Shown in pieces: positions 17,980 through 27,418 of a DNA stretch of 38,237 bases. Every line of letters begins with the position of its first letter. Positions within the stretch are counted from its first letter, which is position 1. Below the pieces are notes generated by a model that searched no databases, was not told the origin of the DNA, and worked only from the letters and a program-made list of their open reading frames with translations. Position numbers and translations under genes: made by a program. The stretch is from positions 1-38,237 of the forward strand of contig JBIOXB010000249.1 of NCBI GenBank assembly GCA_044869275.1. Direction: 5' to 3'. This DNA comes from a bacterium. GTDB taxonomy: Bacteria > Zhuqueibacterota > Zhuqueibacteria > Zhuqueibacterales > Zhuqueibacteraceae.

Positions 17980-18801
17980 CTACAAATCCTTTAGCCTCGC
18001 ACGGGCTAACTCCGCTTCTTGCGAATTCGGATACTTTTTGATCAGCTGCTCCATCAACGTGCGCGCTTCGGGGCGCTTGGACATGGAAATCATCGCAAAG
18101 GCGCGCTTGAGCATGGCGGCCGGCACTTTGTCGCCGCCGGCATGTTTTTCCATGACCTCGGCAAACTCGGCCGCGGCGCGCGCATATTGCTGCTGCGAAT
18201 AATAGCTCTCACCGATCCAGTACTGCGCATTATCGGCGAGCGTGCTTTGGGGATAGCGCCGCAAGAATTCCAAAAATCCTTCGCGTGCCATGTCATATTG
18301 CCCGCGCACCAAATCCTGATAGGCCGTGTCGTAAAGCTTGCTGAGGTCATTCGCACTGGCTTTTTCCGTGGCATTGCTGCCTTTAATGGCCGCGGCCTCG
18401 GAGTTTGGCGCCGGCTCCTTGAGCGAGGGTTCGGTCGAAGTTGCAGGCGGCGGCGAGGAGGCCATTCTGTCGGCAGCCACACGCAGCTTGTTGGGCATGT
18501 TGGTGACGCGGTTGTCGAGGTCATCGACGCGATCGTTGAGCACGCGCATTTGCTCGGCGAATTGATTCAAGCGCAGCTCCGCGTCCGCGCCGGCGCGCAA
18601 GGCGGTTTCTTGGGCCTGCAAAGCCGGCATTTCGGTTTTGGCGAGCGTGCTGCGCAAACGCTCGACTTCCAGTTGCAGCGAATCGACTCGTGTACGCAAG
18701 TCGGCGTTCTCATTTTCCATTTTGCGCACTTGTTGGGGCGTGAGGCAGCCCCCGGCCAGCAGGCTCATGCAGCACGCGGCGAAGATCATGAACGCTCGCA
18801 T
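17980..18801 (-). CDS. cpoB: Tol-Pal system protein YbgF/CpoB
   Basis: Lipobox LLAGGC, coiled coil, TPRs (YPQSTLADNAQYWIGESYY, DKVPAAMLK); directly downstream of pal. Confidence 0.92.
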   Translation of the reverse strand: MRAFMIFAACCMSLLAGGCLTPQQVRKMENENADLRTRVDSLQLEVERLRSTLAKTEMPALQAQETALRAGADAELRLNQFAEQMRVLNDRVDDLDNRVTNMPNKLRVAADRMASSPPPATSTEPSLKEPAPNSEAAAIKGSNATEKASANDLSKLYDTAYQDLVRGQYDMAREGFLEFLRRYPQSTLADNAQYWIGESYYSQQQYARAAAEFAEVMEKHAGGDKVPAAMLKRAFAMISMSKRPEARTLMEQLIKKYPNSQEAELARARLKDL

Positions 18802-18817
18802 ATTTTCCCTCGCCCGT

Positions 18818-19372
18818 TTAGCGATTGACGATTTTGAATTCGGCGCGGCGGTTTTTGAACCAGGAGCTCTCACTATGCCCGTAATCCAGGGGCCTCTCCT
18901 TGCCGTAACTGATGGTGGACAAGCGCGATCGTTCGACGCCCAATGAGGCCAGATAACGCGAAACCGCGTCCGCGCGCCGTTCACCCAAGGCGAGATTGTA
19001 TTCGATCGTGCCGCGCTCGTCGCAATGCCCCTCAACCAAGATTTTGACGCCCGGGTTGTCGCGCAACAATCGCGCATGATTGGCGAGCAGATCGCGCGCC
19101 GTCGCGGTGAGCTCGGATCTGTCATAATCAAAATTCACATTGTCAAACACCAGCGGCGCCGGCTCGCTGCTTTCCTCGCGCACCGCTGCTTTGGGCTCTT
19201 CCGGTGGTTGCTGCGCCGGCTCCGCGCGCTCACGCGGGGCGGGTTCCTCTTCCGGCGCGATATTGGTCGCTTTTTTCGAGCAGCCGGACAGCAAAAGTGC
19301 GGCACCTGCCAGAACCAAAAATGAAATCACTCCCCGGGTAGACGAGATCGAACGAATCATCTTGTTCTCCAA
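18818..19372 (-). CDS. pal: Peptidoglycan-associated lipoprotein Pal (start may be ATG 19360)
   Basis: Lipobox LLSGC; FDYDRS, EGHCDERGTIEYNLALGERRA, ISYGKERP and KNRRAEF. Confidence 0.96.
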   Translation of the reverse strand: MENKMIRSISSTRGVISFLVLAGAALLLSGCSKKATNIAPEEEPAPRERAEPAQQPPEEPKAAVREESSEPAPLVFDNVNFDYDRSELTATARDLLANHARLLRDNPGVKILVEGHCDERGTIEYNLALGERRADAVSRYLASLGVERSRLSTISYGKERPLDYGHSESSWFKNRRAEFKIVNR

Positions 19373-19380
19373 ACTTGAGT

Positions 19381-20706
19381 TTACTTCTTGCAGTCAAAAA
19401 ACTCTTTTGGCCGGACGTTGGCGGACCACGCCGGGCTGGTACAATTACCGCGATGCGTGAGGCGGCGCACGTTCTCGCCGTTCCATTCCATGCTGTACAA
19501 ATCAGATTTGCCCTCGCGCGTGGAGCTGAACACCAGGCGATAGCCGTCGGGCGACCAGTTCGGGTCCTCGTTGGTACCCGTTGAAGCCGTGAGTTGCACG
19601 GCATTTTCGCCGGTAACGTCCACCGTCAGAATTTGAAACCGGCCCTCGAGGCGCGAAACGTAGGCAATCTTGTCGCCCTTGGGCGACCACGCGGGAGAAT
19701 CGTTGTAATCGCCCAGCAGCGTCAGGCGGCGCACGTTGCTGCCCTCGGCATCCATGATGAACAATTGCGGCGTGCCCAAGCGATCGGAGGTGAACACCAG
19801 CTCTCGGCCGGTGGGCGACCAGCTCGGCGAAGTATCGGTGGCCGGATGGATCGTCAGGCGCTGCAGCTTGGAGTTGCCGGGATTCATGAGGTAAATCTCG
19901 GCATTGCCTTCGTGCGTGGAAGTGAACGCAACGCGTTTGCCGTCCGGCGACCATACCGCAGCCGATTGCAGTCCCGCCTGTTTCAAATGAAAGGAGGTTT
20001 TGCCGGACAACGCTTCAATAAAAAAAAGATCCGGCGATCCGAATTGATAAGTCGTAAACGCGATCGTGCGGCCCTCGGCCGACCACGCCGGCGACAAATT
20101 CAGGCTGCCGTTTTGCGTGAGCTGTTGCAAGTTGGTGCCGTCGTAGTCCATCACGAAAAGCTCTTTGGCTTGCAGGGCCTGGGCGGTGAACACGATGCGG
20201 CTTTGTGCAATGCCTTTTTGGCCGGTGAGCGTTTCGACGATGTCGTCCGCGAGAGAATGCACGAGCAAACGCAGATTGTCGCGGCAGCCGCGGTAGGTCT
20301 TGTCGGCAAGCACGAGTTGGGAGCGGCCGTCGCGCAACTTTGCGGCCAGCGTCACTTCGCTGCCTTCGACCTCGATCTCAGGCTGTACCGTCAACCGGAA
20401 CGGTTCGCCGCTGCCGCGCGCGGCCAATTCCAGCCACGGCGAATTCTGGCCGGCCAACTGCTCGTCGGTGCGGTAGGAGGCGATGACGCTGGACATCCAC
20501 AAATCATTATCCAAAATATCCAGCACGCGCGACGATTCCATGATGCTGGCCTGTTTGCGCGGTGTGCAGTTCTTCAGCTCCACCGGAATGCGCGAGAAAG
20601 AATTGGTTTCCACGCGCAAGCGGACTTCACTTTGGCCCAGTACGGTTTCCGCGATTATAAAAATTGCGAAGAGAATCCAGCATCCTATTGGTTTGAAGAA
20701 TCGCAT
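19381..20706 (-). CDS. tolB: TolB beta-propeller protein
   Basis: HSLADDIVETLTGQKGIAQSRIVF, MDYDG, and PD40 repeats (PxWSPDG). Confidence 0.95.
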   Translation of the reverse strand: MRFFKPIGCWILFAIFIIAETVLGQSEVRLRVETNSFSRIPVELKNCTPRKQASIMESSRVLDILDNDLWMSSVIASYRTDEQLAGQNSPWLELAARGSGEPFRLTVQPEIEVEGSEVTLAAKLRDGRSQLVLADKTYRGCRDNLRLLVHSLADDIVETLTGQKGIAQSRIVFTAQALQAKELFVMDYDGTNLQQLTQNGSLNLSPAWSAEGRTIAFTTYQFGSPDLFFIEALSGKTSFHLKQAGLQSAAVWSPDGKRVAFTSTHEGNAEIYLMNPGNSKLQRLTIHPATDTSPSWSPTGRELVFTSDRLGTPQLFIMDAEGSNVRRLTLLGDYNDSPAWSPKGDKIAYVSRLEGRFQILTVDVTGENAVQLTASTGTNEDPNWSPDGYRLVFSSTREGKSDLYSMEWNGENVRRLTHRGNCTSPAWSANVRPKEFFDCKK

Positions 20707-20732
20707 CTATTGTCTGTTACTCCACGATACTG

Positions 20733-20790
20733 ATTGACCATTCACAATTCACAATTGACAATTGATAATTGTGAATTATCAATTGATAAC
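20733..20790. repeat. Heptamer-period palindromic repeat (attcaca/attgaca/attgata) between tolA and tolB
   Basis: attgacc attcaca attcaca attgaca attgata attgtga attatca attgata. Confidence 0.75.
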
Positions 20791-20914
20791 TAGTACTACA
20801 ACGTTAAGTTCGCGTATTTGCACAAAAAGCAGCACGCAGCGTCATCTTATCCTACTCCTCCAAACCCGCGCCGGCAAATATTTTGACGACATTTCCAGCT
20901 AATGGCTGTACCAG

Positions 20915-21670
20915 CTACCAATTTGCAACGAAATCAAAATGAACGCCCAGTGTTTCCGTGCCCACGCCTTCGGGAAGTGGAGGCAGGGGATTGGCGTTGT
21001 GCACCGCACGCAAAGCGGCTTGGTCGAATGTAAAATTGCCGGACGATTGCTCGAGCTCCGCTGAGAGAATTTTACCGCTCTTGGCGATGACGAAATGCAC
21101 CGTTGCCAGAAATTGCCCGGCACCGAGATAAGCCGGCTGCCATTGGTTTTCAATGCGAAATTGCAGCAACGCGATATAATGCGGAAACGGAAACTCCGGC
21201 CCGTCTACACGCGCCACACCACCGGTGCCGCTGCCCGCACCGATCCTGCCGCCCCCGCTCCTCGCCGCAGGAGAGCTTGTGGAAGCCGGTGCAGGGGTTC
21301 CGCTGCCGGGAGTTTTCTCCTGCTCGACCTTTCTCTTCTGCGCCGGCGGCGGGCTTTTTATGGAAACGGCGCGGGTGGCATTTTTATCCACACGCTCCTT
21401 GGCAACCTCCGGGCGGGGCGTTTCTTGCTTGGGCGGCTCGGCTTTCTTCTCGGCCGGCGGCTGCGGTGCGGTGACACTCGCACCTGCCGGCGCCGGATTC
21501 GCCCCGGACGGCGCCGTACCCTTCGCACCCTTGGGAACGAGCACGGCCGAGATCGTGCGCGGATAGCCGCGTTGGATGGGACGCCATTGGCTCGCCTGCA
21601 TCACGATGACCAGCAACAGCATGTGGCCGGCGGCGGAAACCGCAAATGCTTTTTCAGTTGATCGGCGCAT
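20915..21670 (-). CDS. TolA/TonB-family energy transducer
   Basis: N-terminal TM with SAAGH (SxxxH) motif, Pro/Ala/Gly-rich linker, TonB_C domain (QSSGNFTFDQAALRAV...PLPPLP); in tol-pal context. Confidence 0.88.
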   Translation of the reverse strand: MRRSTEKAFAVSAAGHMLLLVIVMQASQWRPIQRGYPRTISAVLVPKGAKGTAPSGANPAPAGASVTAPQPPAEKKAEPPKQETPRPEVAKERVDKNATRAVSIKSPPPAQKRKVEQEKTPGSGTPAPASTSSPAARSGGGRIGAGSGTGGVARVDGPEFPFPHYIALLQFRIENQWQPAYLGAGQFLATVHFVIAKSGKILSAELEQSSGNFTFDQAALRAVHNANPLPPLPEGVGTETLGVHFDFVANW

Positions 21671-21692
21671 TTCAAATATCAAAGTCGGTTTT

Positions 21693-22106
21693 CTAGCGTG
21701 GCAATTCCTTGGCCGTCGCGGATTCCAACACCAGCGCGACATTTTCGACGCCGGCCTGCCGGATCATGTCCATCACGTGCATGATGTTGCCGTATTCCGC
21801 TTTATTGTCGCCTTCGATCAAGACTGGCAGACCGGGAGAGCGTTGCAGAGCCGCGGCCACTTTCGCGCCGATTTCGGACAAAGGTACACGATCGGCATTC
21901 ACGAACGCCTGGCCGGCGCGATCGACGGTCACCAGCACCGCGCGCTGCGATTGCGGCTGGCGCACCACGGCGCGCGGCAAATCCACCTTCGCACCCGAGC
22001 GCAAAAAAGGCGAGGTGATGATGAAAATGATCAACAACACCAATACCACGTCAACGAGCGGCGTCACGTTGATGTCCGAGACGGCTTTCGATCTTTGTTT
22101 TCTCAC
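21693..22106 (-). CDS. tolR: TolR/ExbD
   Basis: SDINVTPLVDVVLVLLIIFIIT, VDLP and GD..AEYG.IMHVMD. GTG start assumed. Confidence 0.92.
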   Translation of the reverse strand: MRKQRSKAVSDINVTPLVDVVLVLLIIFIITSPFLRSGAKVDLPRAVVRQPQSQRAVLVTVDRAGQAFVNADRVPLSEIGAKVAAALQRSPGLPVLIEGDNKAEYGNIMHVMDMIRQAGVENVALVLESATAKELPR

Positions 22107-22836
22107 GGAACCAGCTATGCGTGAAATAAATGTCCAATTCGATGTGCAGCCGGGAAAAATGGTCTTCGATCTTCGCCAGCCGCGTATTGAGGTGATTGTT
22201 GCACGCCAGCGCAGGAATGGCAACGACCAACCCCGCGATCGTGGTGATCAACGCTTCCGCGATGCCCGGCGCCACCACGGCGAGCTCGGCGCTGCCGGTC
22301 TGGCCGATGCTCAAAAAAGTGTACATCACGCCCCACACCGTTCCCAGTAAACCCAGAAACGGGCTGATGGCGGTGGTGGTACTCAGAAATCCCAGGCCGC
22401 TGCTGAGGTGAGAAATCTCGTTATCCAAAGTGGCCTGCAAACGTAAATGAACATCCCGCTCCGGCGTAGGGGTGGCAGAGCCCAGCGTGGTATCCGCGTA
22501 ACGCGCCTTGCCTGGTGCCTCGAGAAAAGCCATCAATGTCAAATAACCCTCTTCGAAGATTCTCCCGGAGGGTCCTCCTATTTCTTTGACGAGCTTGCCG
22601 TAGAGCGCTTGCAGGTCGGCGTTCGGGCGCAAAATGTTGATGGCGCGCATGTACGATTCGAGCGCGGCGCGGAACTGCCAGTGTTTGTTTAAGGTAATGG
22701 CCCAACTGGCGACGGAGAGCAGCAGCAGCAGAAGGAGAATGGTCTTACTGAAGAGACTGCTATTGGCAAGAAAATGCCAGATGCCGATTTGTGACAATGA
22801 AATAATACTCCTTTGAAATAGCGCGGAAGATTCCAA
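22051..22836 (-). CDS. tolQ: TolQ/ExbB/MotA proton channel
   Basis: SPFLGLLGTVWGVM, VAPGIAEALITTIAGLVVAIPA. Confidence 0.93.
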   Translation of the reverse strand: MESSALFQRSIISLSQIGIWHFLANSSLFSKTILLLLLLLSVASWAITLNKHWQFRAALESYMRAINILRPNADLQALYGKLVKEIGGPSGRIFEEGYLTLMAFLEAPGKARYADTTLGSATPTPERDVHLRLQATLDNEISHLSSGLGFLSTTTAISPFLGLLGTVWGVMYTFLSIGQTGSAELAVVAPGIAEALITTIAGLVVAIPALACNNHLNTRLAKIEDHFSRLHIELDIYFTHSWFREKTKIESRLGHQRDAAR

Positions 22837-22899
22837 GATTTTTAAAGGTTAGAAATCCCGGCGTTCAAATGCAAGAATATTTTCATCAGGAAGGGAAAT

Positions 22900-23532
22900 T
22901 TGCAGAAACTCTCCCCACGTGATTTGTTTGCGCGCTGCGCGGCCACGCCCAATGATGAAGCGGCCTGGCAGGAGTTTTTACGCCGCTATCGCCCGTCTAT
23001 TCTTTCTGCCATTCATCGCATTCTGGGCCATCCCCCGGCGGGCCGGCACGCGCATCTTTTTCAAGACGCGCTGCAGCGCTTCCATTTGCGTCTATTGGAA
23101 AATGACCGGCGCGCGCTGCATCGTTTTAGCGGCGAAAGCGAGAGCACCGCACAGGCTTATTTGCGCAAAATCGCGGCCGGCGTGGCGTTGAAGATGCTGC
23201 CGCGCAAGGGTGTATTCCAGCTGCCGCTCGAGGCTCTGGCGGAGGAAACCGGCCGCTTCCGTGGACCCGTTTTTCCCGAGCCTGCCGGCGCTCCGGAGGA
23301 TTATCTCACTTTGTTGCACGACCTCGATGCTGGCCTCGAAAAAATTCTGCGCGGCCGCAAAAGATATCGCAATCTGCTGATTTTCAAACTGGCCTTTTTT
23401 TACGGTTTTTCTCCGGATGACATTGTCCGGGTGCTGGGATTGAAAATCAACTCGTGCCACGCCATCGAGCAACTCACGCACCGCACGCGCGCGAAACTGG
23501 CTCATCATCTGCGCGCGAGAGACGGAGCGTGA
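22900..23532 (+). CDS. ECF-type sigma-70 factor-like protein
   Basis: DEAAWQEFLRRY, AYLRKIA (region 2), YGFSPDDIVRVLG...HRTRAKL (region 4); TTG start; coupled to a zinc-finger gene. Confidence 0.75.
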   Translation: MQKLSPRDLFARCAATPNDEAAWQEFLRRYRPSILSAIHRILGHPPAGRHAHLFQDALQRFHLRLLENDRRALHRFSGESESTAQAYLRKIAAGVALKMLPRKGVFQLPLEALAEETGRFRGPVFPEPAGAPEDYLTLLHDLDAGLEKILRGRKRYRNLLIFKLAFFYGFSPDDIVRVLGLKINSCHAIEQLTHRTRAKLAHHLRARDGA

Positions 23533-23906
23533 CATTATTCATGCTGTTGCCGCATCGTACCTCGCCGGATGAGATTGAAATCGAAAAGCATTTGAAAAGT
23601 TGCGTTGACAAGGCAATCGCCGTGGCCCCGACGAATGACGTGGGCCGCGCCTCCACGCTCGCATCGCACGCCATGGACCTGCGATCATCTTCTGCGCCGG
23701 CATCCGTGCAGGCAGCGAGCCCGTGTCTGCCGCTCGACCGAATTGGCATGTTCGTCAAAAATGAACTGATCGAGTCCGAGCGCCTGCGCGTGGAAAAGCA
23801 TTGCGCTTTGTGCACGCCCTGCCGCGAGCAGTTGGTTGAATTCTTGCGCCTGCTCACTTTACCCTTCGGCACATACCGGCAACAAAACTTGCCTTGCAAC
23901 GTTTAA
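23529..23906 (+). CDS. Zinc-binding anti-sigma (zf-HC2/ZAS)-like small protein
   Basis: GTGA overlap with the sigma stop; 'CLPLDRIGMFV...ERLRVEKHCALCTPCREQL' contains HxxxCxxC. Confidence 0.65.
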   Translation: MTLFMLLPHRTSPDEIEIEKHLKSCVDKAIAVAPTNDVGRASTLASHAMDLRSSSAPASVQAASPCLPLDRIGMFVKNELIESERLRVEKHCALCTPCREQLVEFLRLLTLPFGTYRQQNLPCNV

Positions 23907-24101
23907 GCCAAATCATTGCTTATTGCAGTCCCATTACATTAGAATAGATGCATAAATTCTAATTCATGGTGCTGGGAATTGCACCACTCTATGGGTTCGC
24001 GTGTTCACTATGTCATGAGTGGCCCGAAAGCCGCCCACGCAAGGAGCCCGCGAATGCAGCAGTTCAAACGAGTTTTCGTTCAGATGCAAGGAGAATGAGT
24101 T

Positions 24102-25637
24102 ATGAGTGTCTCAAGAAAATATTCCAGCATGATTTTTTTACTGATTGGCATATCCATCGGCGCGCTGGTTTTTTCACAATTCAACGAGCATTCGCAGCCT
24201 CGTGTTTTCAGTTCGCCGGTGGCGAGCGAATCCCAACCTGCTGCGGTACAACCCGCGCGCGACCGTGCCCTAAACTCTCTGCGTGACTTGAGCAATGCCT
24301 TTGTAGAAATCGCTGAAGTTGTCAACCCCACGGTGGTTACGGTGTTCACGGAAAAAGTGACACGCGTGCGCACGACGGCGAACCCTTTTTTCAACTTTGG
24401 CGATCCGTTCCGGGAATTTTTCGGCGAGGGCTCGCCCCGCGGGCGCCAACGCGGCCCCGAACGCGAGTTTCGGCAGCAGGGCCTGGGTTCCGGCGTGATT
24501 GTGCGGGAAGATGGCTATATTCTGACCAATAATCATGTCATTACGCAAACGGACAGCATTTATGTGCGCTTGCTGGATCGCCGCACGCTGCCGGCCAAAG
24601 TGATCGGCGCCGATCCTCGCACTGATCTCGCGGTCATCAAGGTCGAGGCGAGACATCTGCCGGCAATCAAGCTCGGCGACAGCGAGCAATTGCGCGTAGG
24701 GGAGTGGGTGCTGGCGGTGGGTAGCCCGTGGGGCGAGGAGCTGGCGAACACCGTGACGCAGGGCATTGTCAGCGCCAAGGGCCGGTCACAGGTGGACCTG
24801 GCCGTGTATGAGGATTTCATTCAAACCGACGCCGCGATCAACCCCGGCAATTCCGGCGGTGCGCTGGTGAATCTCGATGGCGAGCTGGTGGGCATCAACA
24901 CGGCGATCGCGACACGCAGCGGCGGTTTTCAAGGCATTGGTTTCGCGGTGCCGGTGAACATGGCGCACCAGGTGATGGAAGCGTTGATCACATACGGCAA
25001 GGTCGTGCGTGGTTATTTGGGGGTCCGGCCGCAGAGCGTGAATGAGGCGCTGGCAAAATCATTGGAGCTATCGGATACCGACGGCGCGCTGATCAGCGAG
25101 GTGCTCGGCCATTCGCCGGCGGAAAAAGCCGGGCTGCGCGAAGGCGACGTGGTGCGCAAACTGAACGGCAAGAAGATTTTGAACGATCGGCAATTGCGCA
25201 ATGAAATTGCGGCGACAGCCCCTGGCACGGAGGTGCAGTTGGAAGTCTGGCGTGAGGGCAAGCCCAAGAATTTTACCTTGCGTCTCGACGAGCTTCCCGC
25301 CGATGAGCAGCAAGCGCAGGCGCCGGGCCGGGAGGAAAAGCCCCAGGGCGCCGAAGATTTGCTGCGCTTTTCCGTGGCGCCGCTGGATCGCGAATTGGCC
25401 GGGCAATACGATATCGACCCGGAGCTCAGCGGTTTGGTGGTGGTGGATATCGACCAAAACAGCACCGCCTATCGTTCCGGTTTGCGCGAGGGTGATGTGA
25501 TCCGCTCGGTCAATCGCAAACGTGTGGAAAGCCTGGCACAATTCCAGCAAGCGATTAAGACCATGAACAGCGGCGATTCCATTTTGCTGCAAGTGGTGCG
25601 CCCCAGCGGCAGTTTTTTCCTGGCGTTCAGTTTATGA
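24102..25637 (+). CDS. degP: DegP/HtrA (Do family) serine protease with two PDZ domains
   Basis: GSGVIV, TNNHV, TDLAVIK, QTDAAINPGNSGGAL, and two PDZ domains. Confidence 0.96.
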   Translation: MSVSRKYSSMIFLLIGISIGALVFSQFNEHSQPRVFSSPVASESQPAAVQPARDRALNSLRDLSNAFVEIAEVVNPTVVTVFTEKVTRVRTTANPFFNFGDPFREFFGEGSPRGRQRGPEREFRQQGLGSGVIVREDGYILTNNHVITQTDSIYVRLLDRRTLPAKVIGADPRTDLAVIKVEARHLPAIKLGDSEQLRVGEWVLAVGSPWGEELANTVTQGIVSAKGRSQVDLAVYEDFIQTDAAINPGNSGGALVNLDGELVGINTAIATRSGGFQGIGFAVPVNMAHQVMEALITYGKVVRGYLGVRPQSVNEALAKSLELSDTDGALISEVLGHSPAEKAGLREGDVVRKLNGKKILNDRQLRNEIAATAPGTEVQLEVWREGKPKNFTLRLDELPADEQQAQAPGREEKPQGAEDLLRFSVAPLDRELAGQYDIDPELSGLVVVDIDQNSTAYRSGLREGDVIRSVNRKRVESLAQFQQAIKTMNSGDSILLQVVRPSGSFFLAFSL

Positions 25638-25705
25638 TTTTTGCACGACAAAATGGCAGGCTCCCACGCCGCATTGCAGCACATTCTTTTTGTCGAGTGA
25701 CCCCC

Positions 25706-25748
25706 AAAAGCCTTCCGGATTTCAGCGTCCGGAAGGCGCGTTATTTTT
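25706..25748. terminator. Intrinsic terminator, possibly bidirectional
   Basis: 10-bp stem gccttccgga/tccggaaggc; A4 before and ttattttt shortly after. Confidence 0.7.
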
Positions 25749-26224
25749 AGGTTAATTTTTTTGTAGATTTTTTCCGCACCCCGCGCGAGAAGTTCGTACT
25801 GATTTTTCGTCTTTTATTTTTCGACAACCTCACTGTTTCTCATTGAAACAGACGGTTCGCTGTGAGCCAGGCAACGGCGCTCACCTCTTTCCCGCTCCTG
25901 GCCGGGATCGGCTCTTGCCGGTCTGCGCACATGCGCGCCCCGGCCCGGCTCGTGACTGAGGCGAGCTCATTTGGCTGCATTCAAAGCGCGATTCAAGATC
26001 ACCTCCTGTCAATTCCCCCAAAAGTATTCCGCTTTTCGCACATTCTTGTTCGAGGCAGCCGCCATGTCCTGAGCAAGGGAAACGTATTTCTATCACCGCC
26101 ATCGAGGTTTCTCTTGCTTGCTACCACGCACACCGTGGCCTTGCACTTTAGGCAGGAAGCGACTGCTTTCTTTGTACAAGGACGTCCTAAATTTTTTTTG
26201 GCTTGACAAAGAAAGGAGATATTT

Positions 26225-26617
26225 ATGCTGCAGCGGAAAATCGAGGATGATCAGAACTTCACGATTAACATTTCGGCGAACCCGGGTCGTGAAATGGAAG
26301 AATTACCAAGCGTGGCGAGCATCATTTCGCCGGAGCAGCAAAAACGTTTTCTCAAAAAACTTTTCCGGGGAGACGCCAGCGGCTATAGCCGCCTGCTGGC
26401 GGAGATCGATACCATTCCGATTTGGGCGGAAGCGCTCCGGCACTTGGAGGAGTATTTCCAACAGAATGGCATCAATTCTTATCATGACGAAGCCGTGCGT
26501 TTTTCCGACGCCGTCTATCGCAGGTATTTTCCTCAAGACATCTATGTTTATTCCGTGCACCGAGATTTTGCCCAAACGGATTTGCATTTTTTGCCGTTTC
26601 TCCAACCGTTGCATTGA
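26225..26617 (+). CDS. Hypothetical helical protein
   Basis: SD aaaggag; protein-like 'QKRFLKKLFRGD...W.EA..HLEEYF...GINSYHDEAVRF' sequence; no function recognised. Confidence 0.75.
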   Translation: MLQRKIEDDQNFTINISANPGREMEELPSVASIISPEQQKRFLKKLFRGDASGYSRLLAEIDTIPIWAEALRHLEEYFQQNGINSYHDEAVRFSDAVYRRYFPQDIYVYSVHRDFAQTDLHFLPFLQPLH

Positions 26618-26783
26618 GCGCTTCTCCCGCCACGTTCAAATCTTTGTCCTCGAATGCCGGAATCTCCCGCGTCACGCGCGGTGATTCCGGCTTTCCAGGC
26701 GGTCGCGGCGCCGGCGAGCGCGTGGATTTTTAATCCCGGCATCGCCCAGGATCCGCATCACGGTGACGGTCTGGAAATAACCG

Positions 26784-27317
26784 CTACCCCTGCTTTTCAG
26801 CGCCGCCAGCGTGACCCCTGCCTTGCGTGCACACGTATCGCCTCAACAAAAAAAAAGCCAGCATGATTCCAATACCGTTGAGCAGCAGGATCGTACTGCG
26901 TGCCAGCGCCATGTTTTGACCGGCCGCCATCCGCCCCACCCAGCCCGTCCAGCCTGCAACTTGCCCGGGCATCCACTCGCCGCCAGCGGCTTCATATATA
27001 ACCCCTCCGGTGATCAGGCTTATGAGCGGATTGAAAAAAGGAATCAACAGGTAAAACAGGGTATCTTCCACAAAACTGGCGAAGAGTACGGCCACCGCTA
27101 GCACCGGTAAAAAATTGCGCGCACGCGCATAGCACCATGACATGGCCCCCGCCGTGACCATCCCATATGCCAATTGATGGACATTGTTCAAGCGTTGATC
27201 GAGCGCCGTGAAGCCGTCGCTTTTGAGCAGCGCCGCGATCGCACCGCCGATGATCACATCATACACGGCGAGCCCGAGGAAGATCAGCAACGGCAGGAGC
27301 GAGGGAGATTTTTTCAT
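26784..27317 (-). CDS. Hypothetical membrane protein
   Basis: Four to five hydrophobic segments; an EDTLFY motif. Confidence 0.7.
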   Translation of the reverse strand: MKKSPSLLPLLIFLGLAVYDVIIGGAIAALLKSDGFTALDQRLNNVHQLAYGMVTAGAMSWCYARARNFLPVLAVAVLFASFVEDTLFYLLIPFFNPLISLITGGVIYEAAGGEWMPGQVAGWTGWVGRMAAGQNMALARSTILLLNGIGIMLAFFLLRRYVCTQGRGHAGGAEKQG

Positions 27318-27418
27318 TTTGGGTGTCTTGCTTCTTCCGGTGAGTTTTGGTAATTTGCCCGCAAATCGGAAACGATCCGTGTTGTTGGCGTCATACTTCG
27401 AATCAAACGAGGAATAAA

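Noticed and set aside
25833..26185. RNase P RNA
   Set aside because: The size fits and GAGCAAG occurs, but the universal GAGGAAAGUCC and ACAGAA..CGGCUUA motifs are absent on both strands.
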